The notes below the pieces were generated by a model, which did not search any database, was not told where the DNA came from, and saw only the letters and a list, made by a program, of their open reading frames with translations. From positions 1 to 64,000 of the IMG/VR virus record IMGVR_UViG_3300022562_001814: a stretch of 64,000 nucleotides of DNA, one strand, 5' to 3'. Below, in pieces: positions 39,028 to 47,650 of this stretch. How positions within the stretch are numbered: position 1 is the first letter of the stretch; every line of letters begins with the position of its first letter. Made by a program: the position numbers and the translations under genes. Source of the DNA: a virus.

Positions 39028-41946
39028 ATGACAGAAGAACAAAATAAATTTATTCCACCAGTTACTCCAACTATGTATAAAGCCGTCTCTGAATATCGTC
39101 GAGCTGAATTAGAAGGAGAGGTTAATAGGGGTTTATTTAGAGACGGTTCAACTAGAACTAAAGAATCTAATTTATCTCCAGCATCATATGCTGTACCCGG
39201 CGCTGTCAAATATGCTCAAAGTTATGAAGCTTCAGCTGCTAATTCATTTAAAGGTGGGGTAGGTAATACAACTCAACAAATACCTGAAGTATATTCCCCT
39301 TTATGGTTAACTAGTAATTTAAATTTACCTCGTGACCGGGCAACAATGAATGCTTGGTGCCGTAGTTTTTATGCTTTAAATCCTATTGTACAAAATGCTA
39401 TTAATTTACACAGTACATATCCAATTAGTAAATTAAACATTAAATGTCCTAACAAAAAAGTAGAGAATTTATTTAATGAACAAATAGAAGAATTAGGATT
39501 AATGAATATATGTTCACAAGCAGCTCAAGAATATTGGCTATTGGGTGAAGCGGTTGTTTACGGAGAATTAGATGAAAGAAATGCCAAATGGTCAAGATTA
39601 CTTATTCAAAACCCTGATTATATAGTTATTAAAAGATCAGTTATAGCTAATGAGCCTATAATTATGTTAAGACCTGATGAAAATTTAAGACGTATTTGTA
39701 TGTCAAATTTGCCGTCAGATATTGAACAACGTAAACAACTTAATGAAACTATTATTGAATACGTAAGAAGAGGGCAAAATATTCCTTTAGATAATTTGTA
39801 TGTTTCTCATTTGGCTAGAAAAATTAGCCCCTATGAAGTAAGAGGTACTGGTCTTCCGGTAAGTGTTTTTCGTTCATTAATGTTGTTCGACTTAATTAAA
39901 GAATGCAAATTCGCTCAGGCCCAAGATATGATTAATCCTATGCGTATTATTAAAATTGGTGGCGGTACGGCTGATTATCGAGCTAATCCTGTCGATTTAG
40001 ATGCTTGGAGAGAGGTTTGGGCCTGTCACGACGAAGATACTGAGGTTCTTACTAATAATGGTTTTAAAAAAATTACAGAAATAACTTCATTTGAAGAAGA
40101 CAATAATTTAATATCTAATATTAAATGTAATGATAATATAAAGATAGCTTGTTTTAATCCTAATAACGAGAGATTAGAATATTATAAACCACTAGAAACT
40201 CATATTTATAATTATAGTGGTGAAATGTATCACTTCCATAATAAAAAAGTTGATGTAAAGGTTACACCAAATCACGATATGTGGGTTTCAACAAAAGAGG
40301 TTTATTATCACGGCTCATCTGAGTCGAGAGAAGAAAAGTGGAGCGAATGGAGAAAAGTAAAGGCAGAAGATATAAAACTATCTTATGGGAACAAATTTAG
40401 ATCAACGGTTAATTGGGTGGGTGAAGAGCCGAGTGAAGTTGATATTATTGGAAATAAAGTGCCAATTGAATTATATTTAAAATATCTTGGATATCTTATT
40501 AGCGAAGGCTCGTTAGTTAAATATGGTAAATATAAATTTACTACCCAATATTGTCAAACTCATTCTAAATATTATGAGGAAATGAGAGATACAGCCAATG
40601 AAATGGCTTTATTTTTAAATAAATATTGTTATGAATACAAAGATTATAGGTCTACTTATACAAATAATTGTAAAGATATTAGTTCATTTATATTTAATGG
40701 TAAAGATATATTTGATCATTTTAAATCTGAAATATCAACTGATGGAAATTCCACATCTTTATTTAAAAAGTTGCCAAAATGGGTATTAACCTTGTCCCCA
40801 AGATTATTAAAAATATTGTTAAATGCAGCTTGTCAAGGCGATGGTTCATTTAAATTAAATAAAAACAATACTGTTGGATATGAGTATTATACCACTTCTA
40901 AAGAATTGTCAGATAATATATATGAGATAGCATTTAAAGCCGGCTATGCCCCAGTGTTATCAACTAGCCAAGATAAAAGAGATAATAGAAATCTTATTTA
41001 TAGGATTAGATGGTCAGAAAATATAAGTGGTAAATATCCGTATATTTATAAATATTCAACGAATTCAAATACAAAAGAAAAGAAAGATACCTTTAATAAA
41101 GAAATTTATAACGGTAAAGTATGGTGTTTTACAGTTCCTACCGGATTATTTATTACACGGAGAAATGGTAAAATAACAATTCAAGGTAATAGCGCGACAG
41201 CTGATAAAAATTTCAAAATTTTTACTCACGACGCTGTCAACGTTGAAACTGTTGGCGCCGGGCAAGGCATTTACGATACTAGTAATGATTTTACTCAATT
41301 ACTTAAAGAAATGTATGCTGGATTGATGGTTCCACAAATTATTATTGAAGGCGGTGGAGATATTACATATGCTAATGCTGGAGTATCATTAGATGTATTA
41401 CGTCAACGTTATATGCAATTTAGAAATATGATGGCAGCTTGGTTGCGTAAGAAAATTTTTCAACCTATTGCTAAATTAAATGAATTCTACGATTATGTAG
41501 ATGGAGAGAAGGTTCTTATTATTCCGGAAGTTGATTGGAATCATATGAGTCTTTTTGATCTTGAATCATATGTGCAAACCTTACGTGATTTAACAACTGG
41601 AGAACAAGGTGGTAAGCGAGTTTCTGTACATACATTATATCGTTCTTTAGGTCTTGAATGGGAAGAAGAACGTCGTAAAATTCGTAAAGAAGATATCGCT
41701 GAAGCAATTAGAAAAAAAGAGCAGGCTTCTTTGGATAAAATGACACTTAATGAATTAAGAACTTTAAATGAAGAAGATGAAATTCCGGAAATTTTAGAAA
41801 CCCCATTACCTGGCGAAAGTCCTTACGATACTGGTTCGTCAGGTGCCGAAGGCGGTCCTGGTGGTCCTGGCGGGTTGCCGGGCTTGGAGCCCGGAGCTGC
41901 TCCTCCAGAAATGCCAGCTCCACCTATACCTCCTCCAACTCCTTAA
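39028..41946 (+). CDS. Portal protein containing a LAGLIDADG intein
   Basis: Follows the terminase; PIVQNAINLH, EYWLLGEA, PYEVRGTG; Pro/Gly tail; spliced length 583 aa. Confidence 0.82.
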   Translation: MTEEQNKFIPPVTPTMYKAVSEYRRAELEGEVNRGLFRDGSTRTKESNLSPASYAVPGAVKYAQSYEASAANSFKGGVGNTTQQIPEVYSPLWLTSNLNLPRDRATMNAWCRSFYALNPIVQNAINLHSTYPISKLNIKCPNKKVENLFNEQIEELGLMNICSQAAQEYWLLGEAVVYGELDERNAKWSRLLIQNPDYIVIKRSVIANEPIIMLRPDENLRRICMSNLPSDIEQRKQLNETIIEYVRRGQNIPLDNLYVSHLARKISPYEVRGTGLPVSVFRSLMLFDLIKECKFAQAQDMINPMRIIKIGGGTADYRANPVDLDAWREVWACHDEDTEVLTNNGFKKITEITSFEEDNNLISNIKCNDNIKIACFNPNNERLEYYKPLETHIYNYSGEMYHFHNKKVDVKVTPNHDMWVSTKEVYYHGSSESREEKWSEWRKVKAEDIKLSYGNKFRSTVNWVGEEPSEVDIIGNKVPIELYLKYLGYLISEGSLVKYGKYKFTTQYCQTHSKYYEEMRDTANEMALFLNKYCYEYKDYRSTYTNNCKDISSFIFNGKDIFDHFKSEISTDGNSTSLFKKLPKWVLTLSPRLLKILLNAACQGDGSFKLNKNNTVGYEYYTTSKELSDNIYEIAFKAGYAPVLSTSQDKRDNRNLIYRIRWSENISGKYPYIYKYSTNSNTKEKKDTFNKEIYNGKVWCFTVPTGLFITRRNGKITIQGNSATADKNFKIFTHDAVNVETVGAGQGIYDTSNDFTQLLKEMYAGLMVPQIIIEGGGDITYANAGVSLDVLRQRYMQFRNMMAAWLRKKIFQPIAKLNEFYDYVDGEKVLIIPEVDWNHMSLFDLESYVQTLRDLTTGEQGGKRVSVHTLYRSLGLEWEEERRKIRKEDIAEAIRKKEQASLDKMTLNELRTLNEEDEIPEILETPLPGESPYDTGSSGAEGGPGGPGGLPGLEPGAAPPEMPAPPIPPPTP
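40024..41190 (+). mobile_element. Intein (389 aa) with LAGLIDADG endonuclease
   Basis: Begins CHDEDTEVLT; VTPNH; YLGYLISEG and AACQGDG; ends WCFTVPTG..ITRRNGKITIQGN with Ser+1. Confidence 0.93.
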
Positions 41947-42006
41947 TTAAATATACATCGAACTCAATAATTTTGTATTCTTCTGAATTATAAGTTCGAG
42001 GTATAA

Positions 42007-43962
42007 ATGCATAAGCGAGCGCAAAAAAGAACACGTCGTAGTAAGTTTTGGGAAGCCGTATATTTGCCCGGAAAGGGTTTAGAATTAATTCATCCAGAAT
42101 TTAGAAAAATTATGGATGATATGCGTAAGACGGATAAATTAATTCGTGATATGGTAGATCCTGTTAAACCGCTTGTAAGATCCATGCGCTCGCATTTACG
42201 TAGAAGAGATTATTTAGGGGCAGCTGTTTATATAGCAGATTTTCATGCACGCATGAGACATGCGATGCATTTTTTAGATAAATTTATTAACAGTATGGTA
42301 TCTGGTGAAAAAGAATTCTTATTAAGAAGATTTAAACATCCTTCAAAAGAAAAACTTTTCCAATATAACCCAAAAGCAACTTTAGAAGATGTTAAAAGAG
42401 CTGAAGAATTATATGGTCAATTATTAAAAGAAGCTGGCATTTTTGATAAAATCAAAGATGTCGGCACATATACATCTGATTTATTTACTAATATGTTTGG
42501 ACCAGAATCTAGCGCTCGTAGATTAATGGAAAAAAGATTTTCATCTTCTTTTCTTAAAGAAATGAAAGAAGCAACTTCCGATTTAGTTAATGCCGCTGAA
42601 GAATTTATGAATAAATTACTAACTTCTTTAGATAAAATGGAATCAGGCGTATCAAATCGTAATGTAGATTTATATAAAGAACATGCAAAAGAGCTTATTA
42701 GTGAATTTAAAAATTTTCATAAATTATATGTTTCCTATGATAAAAAGTTTTTGCAACCATTAAAAGAAAAACAAGCTTTAATGGATGCTGAAACAAGAGC
42801 TGTAGAAGAAGCTGAACAAAACCGCAAACAACAAGAAGAAAATGCAAAATTAGAACAATTAAGACAAAAAGAATTAGCCGAAATTGAAGAAGCCAGACGT
42901 TCTCCATTCGTTACCCCTTATGTTGAATCGCCTGAAAAACCAACATTACAATCAAAACCTATATCTGAATTTAAAGGTCCAGATTATGAAGAACCGACCA
43001 TTGATGAGTGGAAGGCAAAAGAAGAGTGGAAAACCAAACAGGAGCCGAGTACTGAAGAAGAAAAAATGATTGAAGAAATTGGTAATAGAGCGGAAAGATC
43101 TAAAAAATCTTCTTTATTTATTGATAATATTAATAAATTTGCTTCACAAGATAATGTATTTGATCTATTAAATGAAATTATATCTTATTCAGAAAATATA
43201 GAAAATGAAGATCCTGAAATAAGTGACAAGTTATTATCTGTAGCAAATGATATTATTAATACATATAAAACTGCAGGTATTTTTGATTTTTTAAAAGATA
43301 AAACAAAAAATCAACCCGTTGAACCAGAAAAAAAAACAGAAAAATTAGAACAAAAAACTCAACCTAAAAAAGAACGTCCACAAGAATTAACAGAAGAATA
43401 TAAAAATTTATATACTCCCAAAAAACTTGATTTACCTAATGGTAGAGTAGATAAAGCTTATACAGATGTATCTGTATTAAAAAATATTACTCCAAATAAA
43501 ATGAGAATTACATTAGATACAAGTAGACATCTCATAAATATTTTTATTAAACGTTTAAGTGCAGTTAAAAATATTGATAATATAGAACCATTTATTAATT
43601 CATTTGAATTAAATTTAAGTCCTATTTTAAAACAAGCTGTTTACGATGGATGGGTTGTATCAAGTGATAGTGTATCAGATTCATTTAATCCTAGAGACAA
43701 ATATCTTGAAATATATACCAGATTAGATTTATCAAAAATCGATCCAAAACTAATGGGCACCGCAAAATTACATGTTGCCTGTAGATTATCTGCGGATAAA
43801 GAAATACTTACTATTCGTGGTATTAAAAAACATTTTGATATAGTTAATTTAAAATCTGTTGAAGAAATGGAACAAGAGGCGGAGGCGGCCGCAGAAGCAG
43901 AAGAATATGATGAACCCGACTATGGTGACTATAACGATTACACTTCACAATATGATGAATAA
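42007..43962 (+). CDS. Large hypothetical internal-head/virion protein
   Basis: GAGGT SD; KRAQ, KEAG, KFAS and KTAG sites. Confidence 0.6.
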   Translation: MHKRAQKRTRRSKFWEAVYLPGKGLELIHPEFRKIMDDMRKTDKLIRDMVDPVKPLVRSMRSHLRRRDYLGAAVYIADFHARMRHAMHFLDKFINSMVSGEKEFLLRRFKHPSKEKLFQYNPKATLEDVKRAEELYGQLLKEAGIFDKIKDVGTYTSDLFTNMFGPESSARRLMEKRFSSSFLKEMKEATSDLVNAAEEFMNKLLTSLDKMESGVSNRNVDLYKEHAKELISEFKNFHKLYVSYDKKFLQPLKEKQALMDAETRAVEEAEQNRKQQEENAKLEQLRQKELAEIEEARRSPFVTPYVESPEKPTLQSKPISEFKGPDYEEPTIDEWKAKEEWKTKQEPSTEEEKMIEEIGNRAERSKKSSLFIDNINKFASQDNVFDLLNEIISYSENIENEDPEISDKLLSVANDIINTYKTAGIFDFLKDKTKNQPVEPEKKTEKLEQKTQPKKERPQELTEEYKNLYTPKKLDLPNGRVDKAYTDVSVLKNITPNKMRITLDTSRHLINIFIKRLSAVKNIDNIEPFINSFELNLSPILKQAVYDGWVVSSDSVSDSFNPRDKYLEIYTRLDLSKIDPKLMGTAKLHVACRLSADKEILTIRGIKKHFDIVNLKSVEEMEQEAEAAAEAEEYDEPDYGDYNDYTSQYDE

Positions 43963-45050
43963 TGTATAAAAAAGCACAAACATCAATTAATTTATCACAT
44001 GATAGGGCTCGCCAAATTTTAAAGGAAGCCTATGTTAAATTGTTTCATAAAGAGCCTTCTGATGGTGAATTGAATTTTGGGTTAGCTACTGCATTTTTTG
44101 AATCAGGATATGGTCGCGCCGGCGCCGCTAATTGGGCTAAACCTGGGCAATTTGCCAGATGGGCTAGAGAAGGATTATATAATTGGGGAGCTTTAGAGAC
44201 TAGCATTGCGGGTCCAGAAAAAACTTTCGCAAAGTTTAAATCGATGGGACTACACCCTGTTAAAAAATTAGGACGTGATGCCGGACGTCCTGTTTATTTT
44301 TATTTATTTCCTAGTGATTTAGAAGCTGCCCAAGCTTTTTTATTATCATGGGGAAGACCTGATACATTAAAGGCAGCAGCTACTGGTTCACCAAAGGCTG
44401 TTGCTGCTTCTATGAAAAACCATGGGTATTATGAAGGATTTTGGGTTCCACCTGGTAATCCACAAAACAAAAAAATACCACCATTTAAAGAGGCTGGTAG
44501 TAAAGAAGAAGCAGAACGTAATAACATTAGAGATTATGCTAAAGCGCTAAATAGACATGTCGCGACAGTTGTACCCAACAATATCCCAACAACAATTGAA
44601 CCAGAATCGCCACCCTCAGATAATTTTTCTATAGCTGGTATTTTAAATAAAATAAAAAACTTACTTTCACAATTTATATTTGCCTCACAAAAAAATAATT
44701 ATTTAATATCTATAGGCTCCTCATCTGATTATTATTCTTCAATGGAGTATGCAAGAATTCTTGCACAAGCTTTAAATGAATATTTAAATGCCAAATCTAA
44801 AATACATACCGATACCAATAATATAGAAATAGAATGTAGTATTAATGGGGATAAAAAAATAGTATTTATGGCAATTAAAGAATTATCGGAAAATTTAGCA
44901 GAAGTTTTTAAATATGCAACAAAACATATTTCTAATATAGAGCCTTTTATTTTGGTAAATGCTGACTTGAAATCTGATTTACCATTATTGCATCCTAAAA
45001 AAGCCGATCTCTATAATAGAATATTTTATCTTAAATCTGTGAGAAAATAA
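43962..45050 (+). CDS. Glucosaminidase/FlgJ (GH73-like) peptidoglycan hydrolase domain protein
   Basis: AFFESGYG...YNWGAL...F.S..EAA...MKNHGYY...YAKAL resembles the GH73 lysozyme-like pattern. Confidence 0.6.
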   Translation: MYKKAQTSINLSHDRARQILKEAYVKLFHKEPSDGELNFGLATAFFESGYGRAGAANWAKPGQFARWAREGLYNWGALETSIAGPEKTFAKFKSMGLHPVKKLGRDAGRPVYFYLFPSDLEAAQAFLLSWGRPDTLKAAATGSPKAVAASMKNHGYYEGFWVPPGNPQNKKIPPFKEAGSKEEAERNNIRDYAKALNRHVATVVPNNIPTTIEPESPPSDNFSIAGILNKIKNLLSQFIFASQKNNYLISIGSSSDYYSSMEYARILAQALNEYLNAKSKIHTDTNNIEIECSINGDKKIVFMAIKELSENLAEVFKYATKHISNIEPFILVNADLKSDLPLLHPKKADLYNRIFYLKSVRK

Positions 45051-45385
45051 TGAGTAAATTAGCAGGATTATTACCAAAACTAAAAGGGGAATTAGTGGAA
45101 GTTTCTGTTGGTGATGATTATGAAGATATTGTTTTAAGTGATACTACCAAAAAAGTTAATGGAGTAATTTTTGGAGTTTTAGAAGATATTGTAGATGATT
45201 TTATGATTCTTAATTCTTTATATGTTAATAAAGATGGAGAAATAAAAACCGGAAATATCGTATATATAAATATTTTTCAAATAAAAATATTTACTAAAAT
45301 TAAATCACAAGGCTCATTAAATGATGTCTTATTAAGCTCTGCTCATAGTAGAAGAATAAAACAACTTTTGGGTCTTAATGAATAA
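45050..45385 (+). CDS. Hypothetical small beta-rich protein
   Basis: 111 aa, TAATG-coupled. Confidence 0.55.
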   Translation: MSKLAGLLPKLKGELVEVSVGDDYEDIVLSDTTKKVNGVIFGVLEDIVDDFMILNSLYVNKDGEIKTGNIVYINIFQIKIFTKIKSQGSLNDVLLSSAHSRRIKQLLGLNE

Positions 45386-46076
45386 TATCATAATTAATGC
45401 TAAGATATTTGAAGAACTTTGTGAAATATCTAGTATAGATCTATTTAAAATTGCTATTATTAGAAAAATACCAAAAGGTTATTGGGGTATTTTTTCAGAG
45501 GAAGGAAAATTATTAGGAAAATTCAAAACTAAACGAAAAGCTGTTAAAAGATTAAAGCAAATAGAATATTTTAAAAAACATAAAAAGAAAAAAGCATCTA
45601 TTGAAGGCGATACATATTCGTCTGTTTTAAGAGAGTTAAATGATAAATATCCTGAAAAAATCATTCAACAATTTAAAAAAGTATTTAAAGAAGAATTTGA
45701 TAATGCTTTAATTGAAGGAAAAGAAAATCCAGAAGAAATTGCTTTAGATAGCGCTTTACAATTAATTGATGAATTAGATCGAGAATTATCCAAAACGGCT
45801 TCAGCAATTGAAATGGGAGATCCTATTTATGCGGGCAAATATATAGCTGAAATTATTAAATTTTTAATGAGAAGAATTTCCCCCGAAAGAAGACAAAAAT
45901 CGATTCATGGTCTTAAGAAAAAAATTTATTCATTAAATGAATATGATATTTCAAATAAAAAAATGCCAGCTTCATCAAGTTTGGGGCAAGCAATTTCTTT
46001 AACAAAAAATTTATTAATGATGCATTCTCCACAATATGTTAGGTCGGTGCTTAATAGTGTAGTGGAGCATTTATGA
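45378..46076 (+). CDS. Hypothetical head-module protein
   Basis: SEEGKLLGKFKTKRKAVKRLKQIEYFK basic domain; KKAS and KTAS sites. Confidence 0.6.
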   Translation: MNNIIINAKIFEELCEISSIDLFKIAIIRKIPKGYWGIFSEEGKLLGKFKTKRKAVKRLKQIEYFKKHKKKKASIEGDTYSSVLRELNDKYPEKIIQQFKKVFKEEFDNALIEGKENPEEIALDSALQLIDELDRELSKTASAIEMGDPIYAGKYIAEIIKFLMRRISPERRQKSIHGLKKKIYSLNEYDISNKKMPASSSLGQAISLTKNLLMMHSPQYVRSVLNSVVEHL

Positions 46077-46834
46077 TTAAAAATTTTCATTTTGTTAGAG
46101 ATCATTTGTGGCGTGGTAGCGCTCCAACACCAGAAGACGTTATAGCTTTACATAAAGAATTGGGCATTCAACATATCATATCTTTAGATGAATTATCCGG
46201 AGAAAATATTTCTAATATATGTAAAAAATTAAATATTAAACAAACTATTATTCCTTTAGATTCTAATCTTCGAAGTGTGAAATATTTATTAAAGCATAAT
46301 ATACATTCATTAATAAATAATGATGTTCCTACATTTGTGCACTGTAGAAGAGGTAAAGATCGTACTGGTTTATTTCTTGCTTTATGTCGTTGTATTTTAG
46401 ACAAATGGGATTGTAAAAAAGCTATTAAAGAGGCAGAAAAATTAGGTTTCGGTACTGGACTAGAATATCCGTTAGAAAAATTTTATATCAAATTAATAAA
46501 ACGTGCCTGCACTCATCATCAAGATGATAATCATCTTGATGATATTAGAAGTAACATAGCAGATTTAAATAGAGAATATCGTGATTATACTTTAGATAGC
46601 TTATATCCATTATCATGGTCTCCTTATACCGATATTTCTACGAGATATTATCCAGGTTCACAAATGTATAAAGAATATCCTGAACAATATGTAACGAGAG
46701 AAGAATATGGTTTAAAAGGTATTAATAATAAGACACAAGATTCTAATATGATTCCACAAGTTGGCATTTATGATGCAAATACTCAAATAACTAATTTTGT
46801 TGGACCAAGTTTGGTTGGGGGCGGATTTGTCTAA
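46073..46834 (+). CDS. Dual-specificity/tyrosine phosphatase family protein
   Basis: LWRGSAP and catalytic VHCRRGKDRTG (CX5R). Confidence 0.88.
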   Translation: MIKNFHFVRDHLWRGSAPTPEDVIALHKELGIQHIISLDELSGENISNICKKLNIKQTIIPLDSNLRSVKYLLKHNIHSLINNDVPTFVHCRRGKDRTGLFLALCRCILDKWDCKKAIKEAEKLGFGTGLEYPLEKFYIKLIKRACTHHQDDNHLDDIRSNIADLNREYRDYTLDSLYPLSWSPYTDISTRYYPGSQMYKEYPEQYVTREEYGLKGINNKTQDSNMIPQVGIYDANTQITNFVGPSLVGGGFV

Positions 46835-47459
46835 AAAAAGAACATATGCTTTTATGATGAATTATCAAATTTCTGATAATGAAAAACGTCAAGCCTCACA
46901 ACTAATGCGATGGTTAAATTATTCTATAGAAAAACTTGATCAATGTGATGATCATCTTAATTTAATTTATACACCATTTAAAAAAAATACTCAAATACCA
47001 GTTGATCGTATATTTGAAAATAGATTTTATTTAAGACAGTTTAGAGATAAAATAGTAGAAAATTTTAATAATTTTAAAAAAATCGCTTTTAAATCTTATG
47101 TTTTAATGCAGCATTTTATTTCTGACACTCAAACAGAGAAATTAATTAAATCTTTTGTTGCATCAGTTGAAGATATAGAGGTTCAGGTTAACAGAGTAGT
47201 AGATTTATTTTCAAATTTAAAATCTGATGAATTTCCTCAAGCTATCGTTACTGGTATTGAAAATATTAAAAAAGAAATAGCACAATACAAACAAATTGTG
47301 GATGAAAGAATTTTAACTCATTTACAAAATAACATTTTAGCTAGAAATTGGGTTGATAATATTAGTGATGAGTTACAAGAAAAAGTAGAAAAGAAGTCTC
47401 CATTAGTAATGAGATTAATGGGAGATCGTATGAAAATGTTAAAAGAACCGGAATATTAA
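46827..47459 (+). CDS. Hypothetical helical protein
   Basis: Probable TTG start after a G-rich SD; start uncertain. Confidence 0.55.
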   Translation: MSKKRTYAFMMNYQISDNEKRQASQLMRWLNYSIEKLDQCDDHLNLIYTPFKKNTQIPVDRIFENRFYLRQFRDKIVENFNNFKKIAFKSYVLMQHFISDTQTEKLIKSFVASVEDIEVQVNRVVDLFSNLKSDEFPQAIVTGIENIKKEIAQYKQIVDERILTHLQNNILARNWVDNISDELQEKVEKKSPLVMRLMGDRMKMLKEPEY

Positions 47460-47502
47460 GCAATATCAAAGCATTTATTTGAACAAATATTAACGAGGAT
47501 AT

Positions 47503-47643
47503 ATGATTACCAAATATAGCAACGTAGAAGCGATTAATATTGTAGAGCCAATTGATCTCGTTAATGAAGATACAAAGCGTAAATTAGACAACTTAAAAGA
47601 TTCAAAATCCGATGAGGATTCTGAAATAGACAAAAAAGATTAG
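47503..47643 (+). CDS. Small acidic protein (46 aa, not in the ORF track)
   Basis: GAGG SD; MITKYSNVEAINIVEPIDLVNEDTKRKLDNL...KKD*. Confidence 0.55.
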   Translation: MITKYSNVEAINIVEPIDLVNEDTKRKLDNLKDSKSDEDSEIDKKD

Positions 47644-47650
47644 GATATTA

